NCBI GenBank assembly: GCA_052327205.1
Contig: CM126202.1
Span: 262,322,001-262,386,000, forward strand
DNA length: 64,000 nt
Origin: Somniosus microcephalus
Lineage: Eukaryota
Reading direction: 5' to 3'
Below the pieces are notes generated by a model. It saw only the letters and a list, made by a program, of their open reading frames with translations, was not told the origin of the DNA and searched no databases. The position numbers were made by a program, and so were the translations under genes. Of this stretch, positions 1 through 12,049 are shown piece by piece; the first letter of the stretch is position 1, and every line of letters begins with the position of its first letter.

Positions 1-1149
1 ACAAACATAAAAGAGCACTTGATGACTTGCCCTCATCTCAGAGTAGGATGAGCCTGAGATTTGAGGAATCCGAGTTTCAACTACAAATCAGTCTTTACAT
101 TCAAGCGGCTTCTAAACCGTCCCAGGTGCCTTTCTAGACCTCAAGTGTATAACTGAATTGCACAAAAATTAGATTGAGAGAAACTGACCGTTTCACACTT
201 ATTAAAAATCAGGCTTTTAGTATTTCATTTCGCCCTGAAATGAAAAGCACCGATAGAAGTGTTTGCAGATCTATCATCCCATTTTAATATTCATAAAAGG
301 AATAGTAATACATATATTGAGCCCATATTGGTGTAGAATTAATAAAAATCGCTGGTTTCACGTTAAGACCATCACTTGCATTATATATATATTTCCTCAT
401 TCTAAATTTTCTTGCACGGCCTTTTGCTCTCAAGCGTTTGACTTATATTCCACTTACTGTGGTGTGGAGAACAGTGAAAGGAGGTGGATTGGGTTCACCT
501 CGGCTTTGCTCTTATTGGATAATATTATCTGATTAACAGCAAAGTGGCGAAGCCCACCTGCTCCATTTGGAATATGAAGTCGCCCCTGGGACCTGTCACA
601 CTCATACCTCTATTGCCCGCAGCAACAGTGGCCTGCACACACAGCAAGAGTTCTCACTCCTTTGGGGGGGGGGGGGGGGGGGGGGCGCGGCGGGGCAGCA
701 GGGTTGTGTTAATCCCAGCTTTAATGGAAACCGGGAAGAACATGGAAAATGACCAAAAGCCCACTGAAGAGCAAGTGTGATTCGGCTGGTAACCCGAGAG
801 TGGGTGAACGGGACAGACAGGAGCTAGTGGCTGCCAATGTTACCCAAAACATTTTTGGGTGCACAGTCTCTTTAATGGACTGCACTGCCCATTCCAAATT
901 TCACACATGTGCGAAATCTCTCATCGAGAAGCCGGTAAGCGGCCTGCGCGGGACCTCCAGATGGCTGCGCAGCTCAGCGGGAACATTGATGGCTGCCCGG
1001 GTAAATGTTTCAACTCAAGTCCCACACAATTTCAGCACCCACCCCACCTCCCCCAAGTTTGGGAACCTCTGATCTAGAATAAAGAAAAAACAAAGAGAAA
1101 GTTAAAAGTGCTAGACAAAGAGGCAGGAAGATCAAGAGGTGTCATGACA

Positions 1150-1155
1150 TTTATT
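1150..1155 (-). terminator. polyadenylation signal AATAAA
   Basis: Plus-strand tttatt; on the minus strand it is followed by a U/CU/GU-rich downstream element (about 1075-1125). Confidence 0.7.
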
Positions 1156-1487
1156 GAAAGCATGCTACAATTAGAGGAAAGATTATCAAGGCCATACAAG
1201 CAAGTACACACAATGAAAGAAATGGAACACTGTATACAGAAACATGCAATAGACAATTAGAAAATATTTTTTTTTAATATTTCATTATCTCTGCATTAAA
1301 AACAAATCATCTTAACAGAAATGGAATCCATTTTGTTTCTTCCACATTGACACAAACTGCTTTACAAATGAAACCTGGTACTGTTGCTTATCAAAATATA
1401 CAAGACAATCAATGTTTTCATATAAAAACCAGTTTGTACTTTTTCTTGTTCCCAAAAAACCTCAGATTAAAAAAAAGTTGTTACAAA

Positions 1488-1495
1488 TATTTACA
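1488..1495 (-). promoter_or_regulatory. Pumilio response element UGUAAAUA
   Basis: Exact UGUANAUA match in the distal 3'UTR. Confidence 0.45.
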
Positions 1496-2543
1496 GCATT
1501 TTCATTTTGTCAGCTGAACATTCTTACAAACTCAAGAAAGCAGGAATTTTAAGAACAGACCAAGTACATGAATGAACAGAGAGGAAAGCACTACACACCT
1601 GCCAACACCTCAATGCTAGAAGGGCAAGATTTATTAAGAAAAGCAGCTTGAAAGAGAGGTTTAGGGATTCCACGTAAATGTTACAACCCTTGCTTGAACT
1701 GCACAGGTGGGAGCATTCTGACTGCAATGCACGTCTCAAGCGTAGTTATACTACATGCCGAATACAGACGTCACCCCACTGACTGAAGGCGTGCGTTTAC
1801 AAATCTCTCTAACGGGCATCACCTCGGAGTTTGTTGTTAGTCGGGACATACCACTGGATAGTTCTCCACTGTTGGTGCAGCACAAACATCAGTTTAGTTT
1901 TTAAAATTTCAGAAACAAAATTTAGGTAGCCCACCATGTCACTCAATTTAACCCAGAGGTGACTGTTCCTTTGTCAGAAATTTCACCAGCAGTTAGAAGC
2001 TGGTGTGACTATATTTTCTTGTGAATGGAAGACCTCTGTCGCTAAACCACTCAACAGACAACAGCTTTGCTTAGATCAGTTGAGAATGCTACACCACACT
2101 GCTTGGTGTTATAGAACAAAGGAATTACACACCAATGTTTTAGGCTTTGTACGTGTGGAATGGTGAATGAAAACACAATTGCTACTTTGGGAGAGTTCTG
2201 GCTCAGGGCACCACATACGTTGGTAAGGAAATTACTGTGCGATTCCTAACAACTGTTTTAAGATGCTTCTTTTACGAAGTGAACCTCTGGTTCCATGCTC
2301 AGCATGCGAGAGTGGACAGATCTGATTCCACGTAAATTAGTGACCTTAAGGTATTCTCTTGCTCCTTAGAGCTCGGTGCAATCAAACGAAGCACCTCATA
2401 ACGAAAACAAAAAAGAGTTATTCTATTACTCTCAATCTCCCTCCTTTTATACTTGAAACTACATTCATAATAGTTTTCTATTTTAGACCTAAAACAATAA
2501 TAAGAAAAAAGATTAAATTGGAGGGAAGAGAAAAAAAAACTGA

Positions 2544-2576
2544 TTAAGACTACTGAAGGCACATAAACTTTGGTCC
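2544..2576 (-). promoter_or_regulatory. miRNA site cluster: miR-499 8mer, miR-124 7mer-m8, miR-9 7mer-m8, miR-133 8mer
   Basis: Minus strand: AGTCTTAA (2544-2551), GTGCCTT (2556-2562), ACCAAAG (2568-2574), GGACCAAA (2569-2576). Confidence 0.7.
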
Positions 2577-3505
2577 TGTTTTGGTTTTTCTCTGAAACCC
2601 TGAAATAAAAGCTCCTGTTTTCTCTACCTTATCATTCACTAATATTTAAATTTTTCCTTTTCTGTTAAGTGTCTATTCCTCTTAGAATTCCATCTGAATA
2701 GTATTAAAGAGTCTTGTATTTAATAAATGAGTACAGTTCTAACCATGGTTTAGTTGCAGCTTCGCAAAGTCTGTGCGGCTCTGAAAGAGTTCTTTCAGAA
2801 TGGATGGAAGAGTTAAGGACATGTTTTCCAGACTGGCAGTTAGTCCAGCGAGCATTCAATAAAACATGAAAGGCAAACACAAAATGCTGGATATTTAGCT
2901 AAAGACTCTAATGAAACAAAGGAAAAAACCCCAGAGAGGACTTAAAAAAAAGTACCTGCACTGAAACATTCAAAAGCCTAAATTCCCTCAAAACAACAGC
3001 CAATAACATCAACAATTAAACATTCGTAAAATTAACAGGTAATTTCACACTACAACATCAAAATAAATGAAATATTTTTAAGATAACATATCACAAACCA
3101 TTAGCACACAGATTGGATATTTAAACCATTTAGAATCTTGGATATTTAAGCGAAAAACAAAATCAACCTCTGGCATTGCGGTTTTGAATTGATCATCTTA
3201 CTTAATTTTCAATCATATCTGCAGCAGAGGCTTTTATGTAGCACTTCTGCAGCTCGTGGATGGTATGGAGACAGAATACAGATTTGCAGTTTGCCAGAGA
3301 GGAAGGAAGTTTGGACTTCCATTCCCATCTGTGTACTAAATCGTAATATAAATCAAATCAGTTAGCAACTGTTGCAACGCTGCAAAATACACAAGAAAAT
3401 TCACCTAAAATCTACAAAGGAGAAAGACTCCTTTAAAAGAACCCACAATAACATGTACTAAAGAAACCAAAAAAGCCTCTAATCTATTTGATTATAAGCA
3501 CATAA

Positions 3506-3513
3506 TAAGGCAC
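3506..3513 (-). promoter_or_regulatory. miR-124 8mer site
   Basis: Minus-strand GTGCCTTA in AU-rich context. Confidence 0.65.
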
Positions 3514-4058
3514 ATGATAATTAAACAAGTACACAGTAAATATGAAACTGATAATTTTTTAGATTATATTTTTAGTGGTATGAAAACCCATGATGTTTAA
3601 TTCTTTTTTCCAAAAAAAATTACCAAAATAATTTTGTTTAAAGTGTGTCAAACTTTTAGATCTAAACCTGATTTTTTTTCCTCTCCCCCCCCGCCACCCC
3701 CAAAGATTGTAAACTTCTCTTTAAAAAAAATTCTCTCAATCACTGAACCAGCTGTTAATAGCAGGTGAATGAACATCAGTTTATAGCTGCTGATTGCTTG
3801 CAACAAACCCACCCCTTTCAAAATTTAGAGATAAAGAAAATTGGTTTCTATTGAAGTTTAAATTGACTGCTAAACAAAAGGAAGAGTGACTGAAGACAGG
3901 ATGAATCTCATCATCACTGTTGTGTGTTCCACTTAAAACATCATTAATCTAAGCATCTCTTGCAGGCATAGTTGGTCATTGGTATTTCAGTCTCTGTCTG
4001 AATGCTAGTTTACCACATTGTGTGGTCCCAGTCTATAGGGAAAACATGAGGAGCGGAA

Positions 4059-4191
4059 TTAAATTGTAGATTTAGAAAAGGAAACTCGGAGATGGTGGTT
4101 TTCTCCAAGGTCGTGGTTGTGAAGGTCAATGAGAGCCTGGATTGCTTCTTCAAGACTGTCTAACTGGATAAGGGCCATCTTACGGTCCTTC
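4059..4191 (-). CDS. PTBP3: PTBP3 last coding exon (RRM4 C-terminus: [43 protein letters not shown])
   Basis: ttgcag acceptor; canonical PTB C-terminus; TAA at 4059-4061. Confidence 0.97.
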
Positions 4192-5935
4192 CTGCAATGC
4201 AGAGAACAAAATATATATGTTGTAAAACAATTCAACTGAAATATAGATATATACATAGATTTTATTTAAATTAATCAGCAACTTATTTGTTGGAATGAAA
4301 ACTAGAAATGGCTAAAATGGGCAGGACTCCACACGTTACTGAATATTCCCTAGCCAAGAGGGTAGACAATTGACTTGCCCACAATCTCTGCCAATGATGC
4401 TATTGGGCCCAACTGCTAAGAGGTATGAAAAATGCACAGAACAACCATTTCCAGCCATGTGGCTTCCCATACTTTGGTACCTCTCCCATAAACACTGCAA
4501 GATTGGAAACTCATTGTGCAGGGAATTACAGGTGGAAACGTGTATCCTATGAATCCGTGGATCTTCAAACTACTGGATGCTGTGCTGCCCAGTAACCAGA
4601 TAATTTACAGTCCAATACTTCATGAAGGATTACTACACATGACTTCACTTCGGACCACTGAAAAATCAAACCCGCAAGCACTCAATCACCGCAGGTTACA
4701 GAATGAGAGTTTGAAAGTGGATTCCAGAGTCATTTTGGGCATGGTTACTCTATAGACAATTCAATTGAGTGCAAAGAATCACAAATGGAAAGAGAAATAG
4801 TTTCAATCCATAATGCCTACTGACTTTACATTATGGTTTGCTTCCCAAGGGGCAAATATTTCATAATCGCTCTCGCTCAGCAAGGAGGGTATAAAACTGG
4901 ACAGGCAACAGTTCTTCTGCATGCGATATAGTTTCTGGGGAGAATTAAACTACTTAAAGATCTTGCTTATTCTTTAATTGAAGTTCACACAATAGAACAT
5001 AGGGTGCCATCCTAACAAAAACAAAATGAAGGAAATCACTTGGGGCATTGCTACTTTAAGAATACTCGCTTCGGGTATTCCCATTAACCTCCCCTGCTGC
5101 ACTGTACAAAAAGCCTAGCTGCAGTCCGCACCCCTGATCTCTTTCTGCAGGAAGCAGCACCGAGATCCTGCCAACATGAGATGATGTCAAAGATCAAATG
5201 GATTGCCTCTGGGTGGAGGCCACTGCTCAAGTTAAGAGCATCTCTTTCTTTGTACTGCAAACTTGTCAAATACTGGACTGACAGATCCACAGACTTGACA
5301 TGCCAATTCTGCATGACTTCAGTACAGAAGGCCAAGCAGCAAGTTCTGAGCTGCTCATTGTTGCAGCAGACCCAAGATTATGTTGTCAATCCATACCAGT
5401 TAAGACAAATGACTAAACTTGAAACACTAATCATTTCTGTGCCAAGAGTTGCACAGGCAGTGAGGAGTGAGTGCAGGCTCCCGTAAATCTGGACCACCTC
5501 CCTCAGCAATAGTGGCATTGGTCATCAAGGCTGTTAAATGAGCAGCAACAGGAAGTCTGGCAGCAAAGTTCAGTCCAACAATCACTACTCAAGCAGGTCT
5601 AGTCCATCTCTGGGTAACAATCCTCTGGAAGACAGAGGGGAATATGCAGTGGTTAACTGCAACTCAAACTCAGCTTCAAACTTTTTCTGATATGGGGCAC
5701 AACAGTGATCTGCTGCTGACGACGAAAGACGACTCGAGAGCATGGTCAGTTAAACAATGGAAAAGAAAATATTACACACTTCAAAAAGGAACAATGTCAG
5801 GGTACAGGAGAACTGAACTTTGATATTGCTTTTTTTTTGGAACAATGTATTGTATGTGGAGAACGAAGGAATGAGGGATGACAAACTGTCTGTCCCTCTT
5901 CATTCAGAAGAGCACTCCATGGGGCATGCTACCTA

Positions 5936-5990
5936 AATAGAATCATAGAATGGTTACAGCACAGAAGGAGGTCATTCAGCCCGTGCATGG
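5936..5990 (-). mobile_element. CR1 LINE 3' tail fragment
   Basis: atagaatcatagaa...acagcacagaaggagg tail pattern shared with other copies in the window. Confidence 0.6.
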
Positions 5991-6389
5991 CCGATAACTC
6001 ATTGCACTAATAGCCAAAAGGATTAACAATGCACATTAGAAATCTTTCCATGGTATAATTTGATAGCAAAAAGTGAAACAATCCAAGTGTACACTGTCAC
6101 TACTTTTACAAAGTGTATCTAGAGGGGGAGAGAAATTAATATTCAACATAGTTTTTAACCACACAATTTTGGGAGGGGACAAGAACAAAGTCTTTTACAC
6201 TCTTGGAAAGATAATCTTCGATGGCAGCAACTTGGCGCTTGAAATTAGCATGCCATCTGAGCAGCTTCCTCTATTTTTCATCTCAAGTTGGATAAAAGAT
6301 TAAAACAAGATCAGAATTTTAACTGTGATTTTTTGCAAAATCAATGTTCCATGGCCTTCTACAAGTCTCCATTATAATATTCCATACTT

Positions 6390-6530
6390 GAGCTTAGGAA
6401 CAGGAGAAGGTCATTTCCCCCTCTTGTGCCTGTTTAGATTATGGCAAATCTGCATCTCAACTCTATTTGCACAACGTTGCTCCATAATCTCTTGATAAGC
6501 TTACCTAACAAAAAAATCTATTAACCTCAG
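6390..6530 (-). mobile_element. CR1 LINE 3' tail fragment (old)
   Basis: Similar to the tail of the 21689-23107 element. Confidence 0.6.
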
Positions 6531-7072
6531 ACTGATGTCCCTTGATTTATAGATATTGGGCAAACAGATCTAATTACACCATGCATTCTTCTCAAATTTT
6601 CTTCCTTTACCCGAATGTGTTATATAGGTCAGGAGACAGCATTTTTTCATACAAATAAACAAACATTTTTCAATTTACCTTTTGGGGCAATATATAAGTG
6701 CTACATCTAGTGCCCAGCCATCTCTCTGGATTACAAAAGCAAAATATGTTTTTAAAAAGCCTAGAGCCAAAAATTTACAAGCAGCTACAACTGCCCCCTC
6801 ATTGACATGAGGTTTACAGTTAGCTACAATGTGGCTCATGGTTTTGTCTAATTAGAGCAGTGTCCTTAAGGACACATTAAAGGTTAGCATCAATACATGA
6901 CAGAGCCTACTTGTGTACAGCATCATAGATAATCTGCTAGCATTATGTAGTAGAAATAGCAGCGATATTTGGAGTAGCAAATTACATCACAGTACAAAAA
7001 CCGACTTTTTTTTTTAAACTATCGTTATGCAACGTCGAACAGTAGCTAGAGATATAACAAAAGTGGACTTAC

Positions 7073-7150
7073 AGGAAAAACTTGAATGCTTTCACTGAGG
7101 ATCCAGTGCTTTCAAACAGATTCTTCAGATCCTCTTCTGTGATCGAAGGT
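7073..7150 (-). CDS. PTBP3: PTBP3 exon, 78 nt (PSITEEDLKNLFESTGSSVKAFKFF)
   Basis: ttgcag acceptor, gtaagt donor, phase 2-2. Confidence 0.96.
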
Positions 7151-7294
7151 CTGCAAACAGACAAAAACAGCTCTTTACAAACAGCACAGAAGGCAGAAAG
7201 TAGGCAATTCATGACCAACATATCAAATGCATAAGCTCATCAGACTTCATCTACAATTATATAAAATGCATATTACAGATGAGAACAATGTAAT

Positions 7295-7346
7295 AAAAAG
7301 GGAGTTTTATATGTTCTTTCAAAAAGGGAGTTTTATATGTTCTTTC
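7295..7346. repeat. perfect 26-bp tandem duplication
   Basis: aaaaagggagttttatatgttctttc x2. Confidence 0.95.
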
Positions 7347-8066
7347 AACTAATAAAGGAATTACAATCTGAGCTCATGACTACACAACAATGCTGCTGGT
7401 GTTGCTCAGATTTTACATGCTGACTCTACAAAATGAATCATGCCATATACCTAAACTACACTGAGACACAATACTATAATCTGCACGGAGAGAAATGATC
7501 ACAGCGTATTTAGTGGAGGTGTTCCAGTTACATTGGATGTTGTTAGCAGTGCAACCCACCACTAAACTCTGACACACACATGATGAATGAATCTCATGGC
7601 ACAAGGAGGGATACAGAGGGTCAAATGATGCCAATTCAGTTTCATTTTCACAATTTATCAGAATACGGTCTGCAAGCATGAAACCAATCCAGAAGGCAGG
7701 CCTGCTTTTCACTGGCACCAACTCAACACTGAAATCTAACTGGGTTATACGGCATCCCAGATCAGGCTGTTCTGATACAATCTGATCATCACACAACAGG
7801 AAAAACAGCAAGGCACTGACATTTTTTCATCTCTATGAAAAAAAACTTTTCAAAAGGCAGCATAAATTTCTTTTAACTGCCAATTGCACAACATATTTGT
7901 ATAAGCAGCCAGGTTAATGCATGATTTACTAGAACTATTCCTCAATCAGCCCCATTCTCCAATTGATTCTCCTCCTATGTTTAGTATGCTCTTGATTTGA
8001 TTAAAAAAGGGGCTCTGCTGCCTTCGAGTCCTCGACGAGACATCCTATTTTCATGAAGCTACTCAC

Positions 8067-8283
8067 GGAATATTGGAGAGATGTAGGGTGGACGACGGAG
8101 GGAAAATATTCTGGAAATTCTTGGACCCTGGTTTCTTGAAGCGATGAAGTGGGGAGCTGCTGTAGTCCTTGGTCAGACCCTGGTCTTCCTGTCCTTCCCG
8201 AGGAAGTTGAACCATCTGATGCTTTGACAAAGTCACGCGTAATACCCGGCCATATACCTTCTGCCCATTAAGATGGCTCATGG
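8067..8283 (-). CDS. PTBP3: PTBP3 exon, 217 nt ([22 protein letters not shown]...STLHLSNIP)
   Basis: ccttag acceptor, gtgagt donor; RRM3 end, linker and RRM4 start. Confidence 0.97.
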
Positions 8284-8589
8284 CTAAGGAGAAAAGAACA
8301 TTTGTACTTGTAAGTCAACATGTAGAAAATTCAAGTATTCTGAAAGTGACTGCACCCTTGCATCATTTCTCTAATCAAGAGTACAGGCAAGTGATCTGCT
8401 CCCAGGCATCAAACATTTTATTCAACTCGAGAACAGATCCCCACTTATTGTAATGGATTTTTGAAACATTTTTACCAGAAATCTTTGATATAAACTGAAC
8501 GCATCAATACATTCATCTATATTTTGATTTGCTAGTTGCTACCTATAGTGGGAGGAAGGAATGGAACTTGCATTTATATAGCACCTTTT

Positions 8590-9000
8590 GCCTTGGTTGG
8601 TAAAGTCAGTCACCCTGACCACAGGACCCCCAAATTTAATTCACTGCTCCTACCTTATCTATTCAAAATGCAGGGGATGACTTGCACAGTGTGAAAAGAT
8701 AGAGAAAACATGGCTGATTTGATCTGAAATGATCTTAGCCAGGGCAGCAATTAAGGCATTACTATTGCCCTTGCAGCTCCCAGATTAGGGAAGAGAACAC
8801 TGGCAAAAGTTGGTGTTCGCAAATGTTACCTAGTGACCTCTGTTGGATGTGCACGTGTCTGGAGGCTAAGTGAAGACACAACTGACCTCAGCTGTGGTGT
8901 GCAGGTCAAATAGCCTACCAACAATGTCAAGGTTTACCCATCAACTGTGGGCACTGAGGGGATCCAGTTTTTTTTGGGGGTCATACCCCAATGAGTGAGA
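8590..9000 (+). mobile_element. old unclassified SINE-like repeat; related copies near 12860-13200(-), 26150-26370(+), 37800-38060(-), 45200-45440(-), 47720-48110(+)
   Basis: Shared degenerate core (cagtgac...ctggaaagtgcatg...cagctgtg...aatagcct), seen by eye. Confidence 0.5.
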
Positions 9001-9107
9001 GAGCAAGAAATAAGGGGGGGGGGGGGGGGAAGGGAGGAGAACTGGCAAGCAACACAAATTGTTAACTATTCAGAAAATATATTAATAAATAAGTTCATGA
9101 ACCTTAC

Positions 9108-9200
9108 CCAGCTGAGCTTGGTTTGCATCTGCCATCTGTATTAAGGCATTTTCTTTTTTATTGAACAAGATCTTCACACGATGTACATCACCATAAACTC
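9108..9200 (-). CDS. PTBP3: PTBP3 exon, 93 nt ([30 protein letters not shown])
   Basis: ctgaag acceptor, gtaagg donor; RRM3. Confidence 0.96.
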
Positions 9201-9535
9201 CTTCAGGATGATCAAAAATAAAAAGTTTCAATTTCACCAGAAGTATGAGACAGAGATTCAGTGACAATTTAAAACAAAGCAGAGTATAGACAGGAGACTG
9301 AATCAGAGCAGGAAGAAAGGAAAATAAATGTTTTAATTATTTAAACACTTAAAAAAAGACGTGCACATATTAACAAATGCTACACTGCAAAAATAAAATG
9401 TTTCATGCATTTTAATATTTAACAAAATTCATTGATAGCATAGATGTGAGATTCAGTTGAATGAAGCACCAAAGTACCAACTTAAAACTACAACAAAAAA
9501 TTCATAGTAAAATAGCAGTGGAAATGACAACATAC

Positions 9536-9569
9536 CAAAGAGGATGAACAGCCAGTGAGGTGAAACCTT
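9536..9569 (-). CDS. PTBP3: PTBP3 34-nt exon (KVSPHWLFILFG), homolog of PTBP1 exon 11 / PTBP2 exon 10
   Basis: ctacag acceptor, gtatgt donor; needed to keep the frame between 12418 and 9200; LFILFG motif. Confidence 0.95.
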
Positions 9570-9571
9570 CT

Positions 9572-9888
9572 GTAGTAGGGGGAACAAAACAAGTCAGCAC
9601 AAGATGGACCGGAGACAAACATCATCAAATCGCCCATATCGAAGAGTGTTTCAGCATTACAGTTGAAGGCCAGTTTGATCCAGAGAGAATTCGATTTGTT
9701 CACAAAAATAAAGTATAGAAGGTTCAAATGCAGTAGAAGTGTCGTTTTGGGGAAGTTTGTTGATATGGCAAATATTGGGAAAAATGATGGAATAGCGAAG
9801 CAGGACAGTGAGGGGAAAAGAAAGAAACATTATAAAGTCAGTAAAATAAATGTTCAAAACGTTTTGTTAAAAAATATAGGTATTTCAC
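9572..9888 (-). promoter_or_regulatory. 317-nt AG-exclusion zone with distant branch point TACTGAC (9837-9843) and long pyrimidine tract
   Basis: No CT dinucleotide on the plus strand between 9572 and 9888 (read base by base); branch consensus directly followed by a U/C tract. Confidence 0.8.
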
Positions 9889-11053
9889 CTATCCCATTAT
9901 TTTCATCCCTCCACAGGCACCTCTGTGGATGCAATCAACACCTTTCCTTAGTCAACCCATTAAAAGACACACTAAAATGGTGCAAAAATGGCCCAACCCA
10001 GTTGCTGCTCTTTGCTTTCACTCTAGGCACAACCAAATTTCACCATGTAGCAGAAATCTAAAGGCCAGACAGGTGTGTGTATAATATACCTCATGCATTT
10101 AATGTGTTTTTATTTGTGTTCCATTCAGAAAAACTGCCGCTGACGAAAACAGTAGGTAGCATATTTTTGAAGACTAGAATAATGCTAGTGAGCCATTATT
10201 CTGCAAAAAGATTACCAGGGTATGAGACAAATCTACATATAATAGAAATATGGGAAACACCACTTCTCTCGCCACCTACCACACAAGACATGTTGGGCAG
10301 AAATGCTTCATATCTCAAAAGCCTAATAATGCTATTCTGGCACATGAAGATAGATATTTTTGATTGCAGTTGCTTCCCTCAGGAGTATTAAAATTAAACA
10401 ACTAGAGTTTTTCTAATATAATGCAAACCAGACACTGAATAAAAAGTTTGTTGACCACAATAATTTTACTGAACTATCAATTTTGGTGGGACATATTTGG
10501 TTGAAATGACTACAGTGCAGAAAGTGCATATGGACATATTACATGAAATCAATTTCCTTTAAACTGTTCAGCCACATAATATATGCTTATGGACATTCAA
10601 TCTGAGTGTTGTAGAAAAATTGAATGCATGGATTAGAACAAATGATCGGTTTGTGAATACGCAATTGTTTTACGAATGGTATGGTTTCATTTAAATTTCA
10701 AAATAGAAAAAAGACAGTAATGCAGCAAATCTTTGTTATTACAAACTTGCATAGACCAGTTAAACAGATTGTTGTTGCTTTGAGCATACACTTTATTATG
10801 TTTGACCTCTTTTTCCAAACGGAATGCATCCTCTGTCAAGCCCAAGGGAAATAGCTACAGTACTATAAAAAGGAAGCTTGTAACAACAAAGGCTAATTAC
10901 AGTTAGGCTCGAGTGTAATGGGAAGCTAGCACACTGTAGAATGGAAATAAAAATTGCATGTACCATGGATGTAACATACATCAAAACTCCAAAGCCAGAA
11001 AATATCACAGAATATGACACAAGCATGCACACACTTGGGTAATGACCACTTAC

Positions 11054-11087
11054 TGAAGAGAAGGAGCATGAAGGGGCTCAACCACAG
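11054..11087 (-). CDS. candidate alternative 34-nt exon (LWLSPFMLLLF-R), mutually exclusive or poison
   Basis: ctgtag acceptor, strong gtaagt donor, same length and phase as 9536-9569, no stop codon, TGCATG 24 nt downstream; weak pyrimidine tract. Confidence 0.4.
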
Positions 11088-12049
11088 CTACAGTTATTTA
11101 TGGAATAACCAGGAATTTTCAATGGTAATCTACATCATTAGCTTGGGGGGAAGTTATTTATTACAGAATCTTAATGTTTATTTCTAGTAAACTCTTAACC
11201 TCAGTTTCCTTTTATTTATTTTTTAAAAAATTCAGGATCAGTAAATAAGTGAGAAAAAAAACTTAACTTTACTTGTATTAAAGAGATTCACTAATGTAAG
11301 CATTATGCTACTGGGTGGTCTACAATCAACATGGGAATTCCCCAATAGCATTAAGACCAGAGAAGAAAGATCCATTTTCAGAAGGCATTAAATACTTATA
11401 TTTGACTGGCATTCTGGCACCACATTCACAGACTAAACTTTCCTGTATACAGTTGCCAGTCCCTTGGGTTACTCTGATTGTGGTGCTTTGAGCTGTTGGT
11501 CTGGCAGTTGATTTGCATTGTGTATGCTCCAGTATGACACAAGGAGCTGTATAATGCTCCAAAATCCATTGGGCACCAGGACTTGGATCAATGCCACCAT
11601 TATACTTGGCCACCAGCAAGAGCCCAATGCCTTCGGTCAATAGATGATGTGCTATTAGGCACCTAGAACCAGTGTATACCTGCTAATTATGTCCATACAC
11701 TAGATAACCTGGCTTCCTCTGGACTGCAGAGTATTACCACTGTAAATGTGTGCAATTACCTAAGGCATTGGGACATCATGCATCACACACATTTGCATAC
11801 AGTACTGTGCCACAAATTAGAGGAAGGTGGGCACTCTACAAATAATTTGGTCAGCACCAGAGCCACATTCAGAACATGGACGTGAGGCACTGGAACTTGT
11901 AATGGTTAATGGTAACTTGTGAGCTCAAAGCTTGGAGCCAAAATGAGACTATACTTCAGCAGCCCACATAGCACATTACTATAATATGTACTAAAGGCAG
12001 AGTCTCAAGTATGTGCCAACATAGCCTTGTATCTCCTTCTGTTTGAGAA

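Larger units (their letters stand above)
1130..4058 (-). other. PTBP3: PTBP3 3'UTR (~2.9 kb, approximate 3' end)
   Basis: Follows the TAA at 4059-4061; U-rich on the minus strand; no recognisable transposon; ends at AATAAA followed by a U/GU-rich tract. Confidence 0.7.

Noticed and set aside
625-646. Long G run (also near 9014, 26280, 46994, 63649) as a G-quadruplex element
   Set aside because: Simple homopolymers of uncertain assembled length with no supporting context.
9635-9675. ACACTCTTCG-ATATG, resembling the end of PTBP2 exon 10, as a third exon copy
   Set aside because: No AG acceptor and no GT donor; it lies within the AG-exclusion zone.
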